A DNA stretch of 57,674 nt, taken from IMG/VR virus record IMGVR_UViG_3300023198_000698, positions 1-57,674 of that record; one strand, 5' to 3'. The notes beneath the pieces were generated by a model, which was given only the letters and a program-made list of their open reading frames with translations, did no database searches and was not told the origin of the DNA. This DNA is from a virus (Duplodnaviria > Caudoviricetes). Shown here piece by piece: positions 54,004 through 57,674 of the stretch; position 1 is the stretch's first letter, and each line of letters starts with the position of its first letter. The translations under genes were made by a program, and so were the position numbers.

Positions 54004-54921
54004 CTATGGCGTTCTCCTTTGCAAATCCGAAACGAACAGGGAGTCAGAGTGGAGCTGGCGGATCACTTCCTGGATCAGGAGGTCCCGCGGCCATTCGGCA
54101 GGATTCGCTCCGCTCTTGTCCCGCATGTCCTCCAGGAGTTGGACGTCTTCGCGGGTGGCGTTTGATATCGGCGCCGAGCCGAGCTGTTTGATCATGATCT
54201 GGGTCGAGCCGGCCTGAGATCTGATTGAATTCCTGAGCGCCCGAATCCATTCGATGTTCGTCGGCCTCGCCCGGGGGCCTGATTCTCCTCCGATGATCAC
54301 CCAGTCCGGAGCGATGCCTCGCGGATTGATCGGTCCCAGCATTGGCTCGACGGAGACGAACCGCATCCGCGCCGGCGTCCCCATGAGGATCGGGACCTTG
54401 TGATCCCAGCAGTCTTGATTCTCGGCGGTGACGCCAAGCGCGACGTTGTCCCACGGGAGGTCCGGGAGCCGGCTGATCTGCTCCAGCATCTGGGCGGGTC
54501 GCTTCGTGAGCAGGAGCCAGAAAAGATTTGTGCATTCGGCTATGATGGTGAAGAGCTGCTTCCGCCAGTCCGGATCGACTTCCTGATCGAAGACGTCCAT
54601 GAGCGAACCGCAGAAGACGGACGGCTTCCTGGATGTGATAAAGCTCTGATGTTTTGAGCAGGTCAAGACGTGTTCGGCCGCTTGCTTGTTCCAGAGCCAT
54701 GTCCCGCAGACCTCGCAGCGTTGCTTGCGGACGTTCAGCGCCCGGGCGATCGTCTGCCATGCCTTCGTTTGCCGGCGGGGTTTGCCGGCGCCCCATTCGA
54801 TTCCGAAGCGGGAGCCATATTCTGCGGCGTAGCAGTGAAGGCAGGCTGGGGAAACGCGGGTGCATCCGATCCACGGGTTCAGCGTGAAGTCGGTCCAGAT
54901 GATGTTCGATTCATTCTTCAT
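54004..54921 (-). CDS. Phage Gp37/Gp68 (DUF5131) radical SAM-like protein
   Basis: IIWTDFTLNPWIGCTRVSPACLHCYA, LLTKRP, SVEPMLG, WVIIGGESG; start set at MKNESN. Confidence 0.9.
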   Translation of the reverse strand: MKNESNIIWTDFTLNPWIGCTRVSPACLHCYAAEYGSRFGIEWGAGKPRRQTKAWQTIARALNVRKQRCEVCGTWLWNKQAAEHVLTCSKHQSFITSRKPSVFCGSLMDVFDQEVDPDWRKQLFTIIAECTNLFWLLLTKRPAQMLEQISRLPDLPWDNVALGVTAENQDCWDHKVPILMGTPARMRFVSVEPMLGPINPRGIAPDWVIIGGESGPRARPTNIEWIRALRNSIRSQAGSTQIMIKQLGSAPISNATREDVQLLEDMRDKSGANPAEWPRDLLIQEVIRQLHSDSLFVSDLQRRTP

Positions 54922-55066
54922 TCGTTCTTTAAAAGGTTGGCCAAAGGGGTGCCAGACGTTGGGTTTGCAAGTCCCATATTCCGCTGCTAGTTGCAGCCTC
55001 CCCATCCAGCGAGCAAGCTCGCTATTCTAATTTATCGTCCCTTGAACTATTGGCCGGCGCAAGCTA

Positions 55067-56371
55067 CTACCTTCCCGCCCCGCGGTCAAGTTCTCGCTGC
55101 GCCCTAATCTCTCGGATGCGGGTTCTGGTTTCGTCGATGCTGAGGACCCACTCCGTCCGGATGTTCCGGAACTGGAAGATCGGGATGCCTTTGTTCCTGG
55201 CGGTCGCGATCTCAGCCATCACGCCGGCGCCGATCTTTCCATCGTCGAAGGTTCGGTAGACGAGGATGTCGGCCCACTCCTCGATAGCTATCTTGCAGGC
55301 TGTCATGCCTGCGCCAGATCCGGACGTCCGGAAGATCTCCTGGAAGCGTTCGGTGTTCGGATTGATCACCGCCCAGCCGGCGTTCGCGATGTCGATCAGG
55401 TCGAGCTTCTCTTCCTCCTCGCCGTAGAGCGTGATCGGGTGGGCGTAGTAGCAGCGGAGCTTGAGCGGCTTCAGGTCGTCAGGGTCAGGCGGTGCTGCCT
55501 TTTTGGCGGCTTCCAGGGCCGAGGTCAGGCCATCCCCAAGCATCCGTTGGAACTCTTTTCGGGTGAGCGGCGTCGGATCGGTTTTCGGCGGGATAGGCCC
55601 TTGCGCCTTCAGCTCCTCGGACTCCTTCCGGAGCGTCTCCAGGGTGGCCTTGCTGGCGTCGATCCGTCGCTCCAGCTCCGCGGCCTTCGCTCTGTCCGCG
55701 GCGTCCTTCCGTTCAGCTTCCAGGTCTTTAGCGTCCACGGCCATCCGCCTCATGCTGGCGGCGAGATCCGACGCGCTCCTGCCCATGCTTCGGCCGACCT
55801 CAGCGAACCGCTTCGCCAGGATGCCGGCGTTCACCCATCCGCCCGGATCAGCTTCGAAGTCTGGGTTGGTCGAGATGGTTTGCGTTATCGGCCAAGCGAC
55901 CCCGACCTTCACGTTCCCGCAGATCGCGTCCATCACGGGGGCGATCAGGTTGTCCAGTTCGGCCGGCAGCAGGCTCCGCTTGATCATCTCCGCCGTGTCG
56001 ATCATGGACATGATGTTCCAGGCCGCGGCGAGCAAGTGAGGCTCCTCGCGTTCCCCGCGCTGATGCTTGAACAGGTGGCGGAGCGCGGCGTCCAGGTAGA
56101 CGGAGAGCGGCTGGCCTTTGCGCCAGTTGTTCTCCCCGTAGATCGCCGCACCGTGCTCGTAGTGGTTCGCCAGGGCCTGCATCGCGTAGCCGGGGAGCAG
56201 GTCGAAGCGCCCCTTGTTCTTGGCTCCTCCGCGGTGGGCGCCGGTCCCGAATTCACGCTTGCCGGCGTCCGCTTTGATCGGTCCGCTGCTGGTTCCGGTG
56301 GTGGCGGCTTCGTCCAGGTCTTTGAAGTCTTGCATCATTTTTGCCTTCTCGGTTGGTGACATTGTTTCCAT
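55067..56371 (-). CDS. dATP/dGTP diphosphohydrolase (DUF5664-like) fused to an NDT-like domain
   Basis: KGRFDLLP..GAAIYGENNWRKG..AALRHL..HLLAAAWN; C-terminal YYAHP..NP..G.GV..E...A..KGIP. Confidence 0.8.
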   Translation of the reverse strand: METMSPTEKAKMMQDFKDLDEAATTGTSSGPIKADAGKREFGTGAHRGGAKNKGRFDLLPGYAMQALANHYEHGAAIYGENNWRKGQPLSVYLDAALRHLFKHQRGEREEPHLLAAAWNIMSMIDTAEMIKRSLLPAELDNLIAPVMDAICGNVKVGVAWPITQTISTNPDFEADPGGWVNAGILAKRFAEVGRSMGRSASDLAASMRRMAVDAKDLEAERKDAADRAKAAELERRIDASKATLETLRKESEELKAQGPIPPKTDPTPLTRKEFQRMLGDGLTSALEAAKKAAPPDPDDLKPLKLRCYYAHPITLYGEEEEKLDLIDIANAGWAVINPNTERFQEIFRTSGSGAGMTACKIAIEEWADILVYRTFDDGKIGAGVMAEIATARNKGIPIFQFRNIRTEWVLSIDETRTRIREIRAQRELDRGAGR

Positions 56372-56376
56372 TGCGG

Positions 56377-57674
56377 TTAGTTTGGGCGCTTGCCGTGAAG
56401 TTTTTCCAGCAGGTCCAGCTTTTCAAGCTTCACGCGGTCGATCGCTGCCTGCATCTCGGCGAGGCGAGCGCCTTGTCCGCTGAGCTGCTGGCTCGCTTTA
56501 AGGGCCTGAGCTTGCAGCCTAACGATCCTCTTCCGATCCTCGTCCAGGAGGCCGCGCAGCGTGTCGATGGTCTCGCCGGCGGCGTGGAGCCGGCCGCGGA
56601 GGTTTTCGAGATCACGGAGAAGCGCCCCGTCTCGGAGGTCGAATTTTGAGGCTATGTTTCCGGCTTCCTTGCGGTGGACTGACAGCCGATCGCAAAGCTC
56701 CTGTACTTGGACTCTGTAGCTGGCGCGTTCCTTCTTTACCTGCGCCAGCGCGGCCTCCAGGCGGTCGATCGCGGCGTTCCTCTCCGCGCCCTTATGGTCT
56801 CGATCGCGAAGCATCTCGCTGAGGTCGCGGACCTGAGTCTCCAGGTGGGCGATCTGGGTCCGGAGTTCCCTGATTGTGGCAAGCCCTTGGTTTGCGGTCG
56901 GTCCGAAGGTTTCCAGGTCCCGGACCTTGCATCCGAGGCTCTGATTCTTTCCTTCCATCTCACGAAGGCGCGACCCCTGCGCCTGCGCTTCCAGGTGGAG
57001 TTCCTGGATCTCCGCCGCCTTGTTGTCCGCTGAGTGCTGAGCTGAATCAGCTCGGCCGCGCTGGCGGTCGGCTTCGGAGCGGATGGCGCTGATCGTGATC
57101 TTCTGCTCTTCGATGTTGTGCCTGAGTTCGTGGAACTGCTTCGCGTTCGCGTCCTTCATCCGGCGCTGCTCGTCCAGCTCCCTGCGGAGCGCGATGATCT
57201 GATCCACTTGATCGGAGACGGCTTGCCCTGATCGTGAGAGCTTCCCGCGGAGTCCTTCGATCTCGTCGTTCAGCCCCGAGACTCTGTCCTTCATCCCAGC
57301 CATCCCTTTGCGCTGGTTCTCGTTCATCTCGGAGAGTCCAGCGGTCCGCGCCTTCAGCTCCTCGATCTGTTTATCGAGCGAGACGACGCGCTTCGATTGG
57401 TTGGTGATCACTTGGAGGGCGTTGTCGCGTTCGCGTCGGACGGCGGTGAGGTCGCGCTTCATCTCCGCGATCAGCTCCGGGTCGGTCATGGTGCCGTCGC
57501 GTTCTTCTAGGGTTGCCTGGAGGCGCTTCACCGTCTCCGCCTGCTGGACGATCCGGTCCTGCCGGTCGGCCGCGGTCTTTCCGAGTGCGGTGGCCATACT
57601 CTCGGCCGCGCTGATCTGTCCCCTAAGATGCTTCTTGTCGGCCTCCAGTGCCTTATTCTTGTCGGTGAGGTCGT
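56377..57674 (-). CDS. Long coiled-coil protein, 5'-truncated by the window edge
   Basis: Frame stays open to the window end (DLTDKNKALEADKK...); heptad-rich. Confidence 0.75.
   Translation of the reverse strand, partial: DLTDKNKALEADKKHLRGQISAAESMATALGKTAADRQDRIVQQAETVKRLQATLEERDGTMTDPELIAEMKRDLTAVRRERDNALQVITNQSKRVVSLDKQIEELKARTAGLSEMNENQRKGMAGMKDRVSGLNDEIEGLRGKLSRSGQAVSDQVDQIIALRRELDEQRRMKDANAKQFHELRHNIEEQKITISAIRSEADRQRGRADSAQHSADNKAAEIQELHLEAQAQGSRLREMEGKNQSLGCKVRDLETFGPTANQGLATIRELRTQIAHLETQVRDLSEMLRDRDHKGAERNAAIDRLEAALAQVKKERASYRVQVQELCDRLSVHRKEAGNIASKFDLRDGALLRDLENLRGRLHAAGETIDTLRGLLDEDRKRIVRLQAQALKASQQLSGQGARLAEMQAAIDRVKLEKLDLLEKLHGKRPN

Larger units (their letters stand above)
1..57674 (-). 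mobile_element. Tailed dsDNA phage genome segment (siphovirus-like); lifestyle not determinable
   Basis: Terminase-portal-capsid-tail gene order, primase-helicase, all genes co-oriented, no host housekeeping genes. Confidence 0.97.

Noticed and set aside
55067-56371. Z-genome (diaminopurine) system
   Set aside because: No purZ or DNA polymerase in the window; the diphosphohydrolase alone is insufficient
264-57092. Numerous long plus-strand ORFs (e.g. 29667-30902, 42197-43399, 35048-36109)
   Set aside because: Antisense shadows of GC-rich minus-strand genes; no motifs, and they overlap well-supported CDSs
1-57674. tRNA or rRNA genes, integrase, repressor switch
   Set aside because: No cloverleaf or T-loop signatures noticed in intergenic gaps, no divergent gene pair and no recombinase motifs; tRNAscan would be needed to be certain

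Overview
The whole window is a roughly 57.7-kb piece of a GC-rich tailed dsDNA phage with a siphovirus-type morphogenesis module. Essentially every real gene is on the minus strand. Read from the high end: a 5'-truncated coiled-coil gene; nucleotide/RNA accessory genes (DUF5664-like diphosphohydrolase fused to an NDT-like domain, Gp37/Gp68 radical SAM, tandem-KH protein, SWIM, HNH, RecU); an early-like region at about 38.1-50.8 kb of small ORFs plus an AAA ATPase, a DUF2201-type metallopeptidase-vWA protein and an SNF2 helicase; terminase, portal, MuF fused to a zincin domain, capsid and tail genes with a -1 frameshifted chaperone; a second tail-tube paralog; an SSB; a putative histone-fold protein; an initiator with iterons; a primase-helicase; a permuted NlpC/P60 protein and a metallophosphoesterase. 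The most striking unannotated signal is 15 minus-strand copies of a sigma-28/FliA-type promoter (TAAA-N15-GCCGATAA-like), 13 of them in the early region and each heading one or a few genes. Their leaders appear dual-mode: a start codon at the predicted +1 is always in frame with the gene, often followed by a repeated SD/ATG module, while leaders starting GAG are out of frame. Other candidates are a structured RNA or attenuator at 10019-10145 and shared AGG-triloop hairpins ahead of late genes. No integrase, DNA polymerase, sigma factor, tRNA, CRISPR array or clear endolysin was seen. All family calls come from motif recognition by eye, not database searches.
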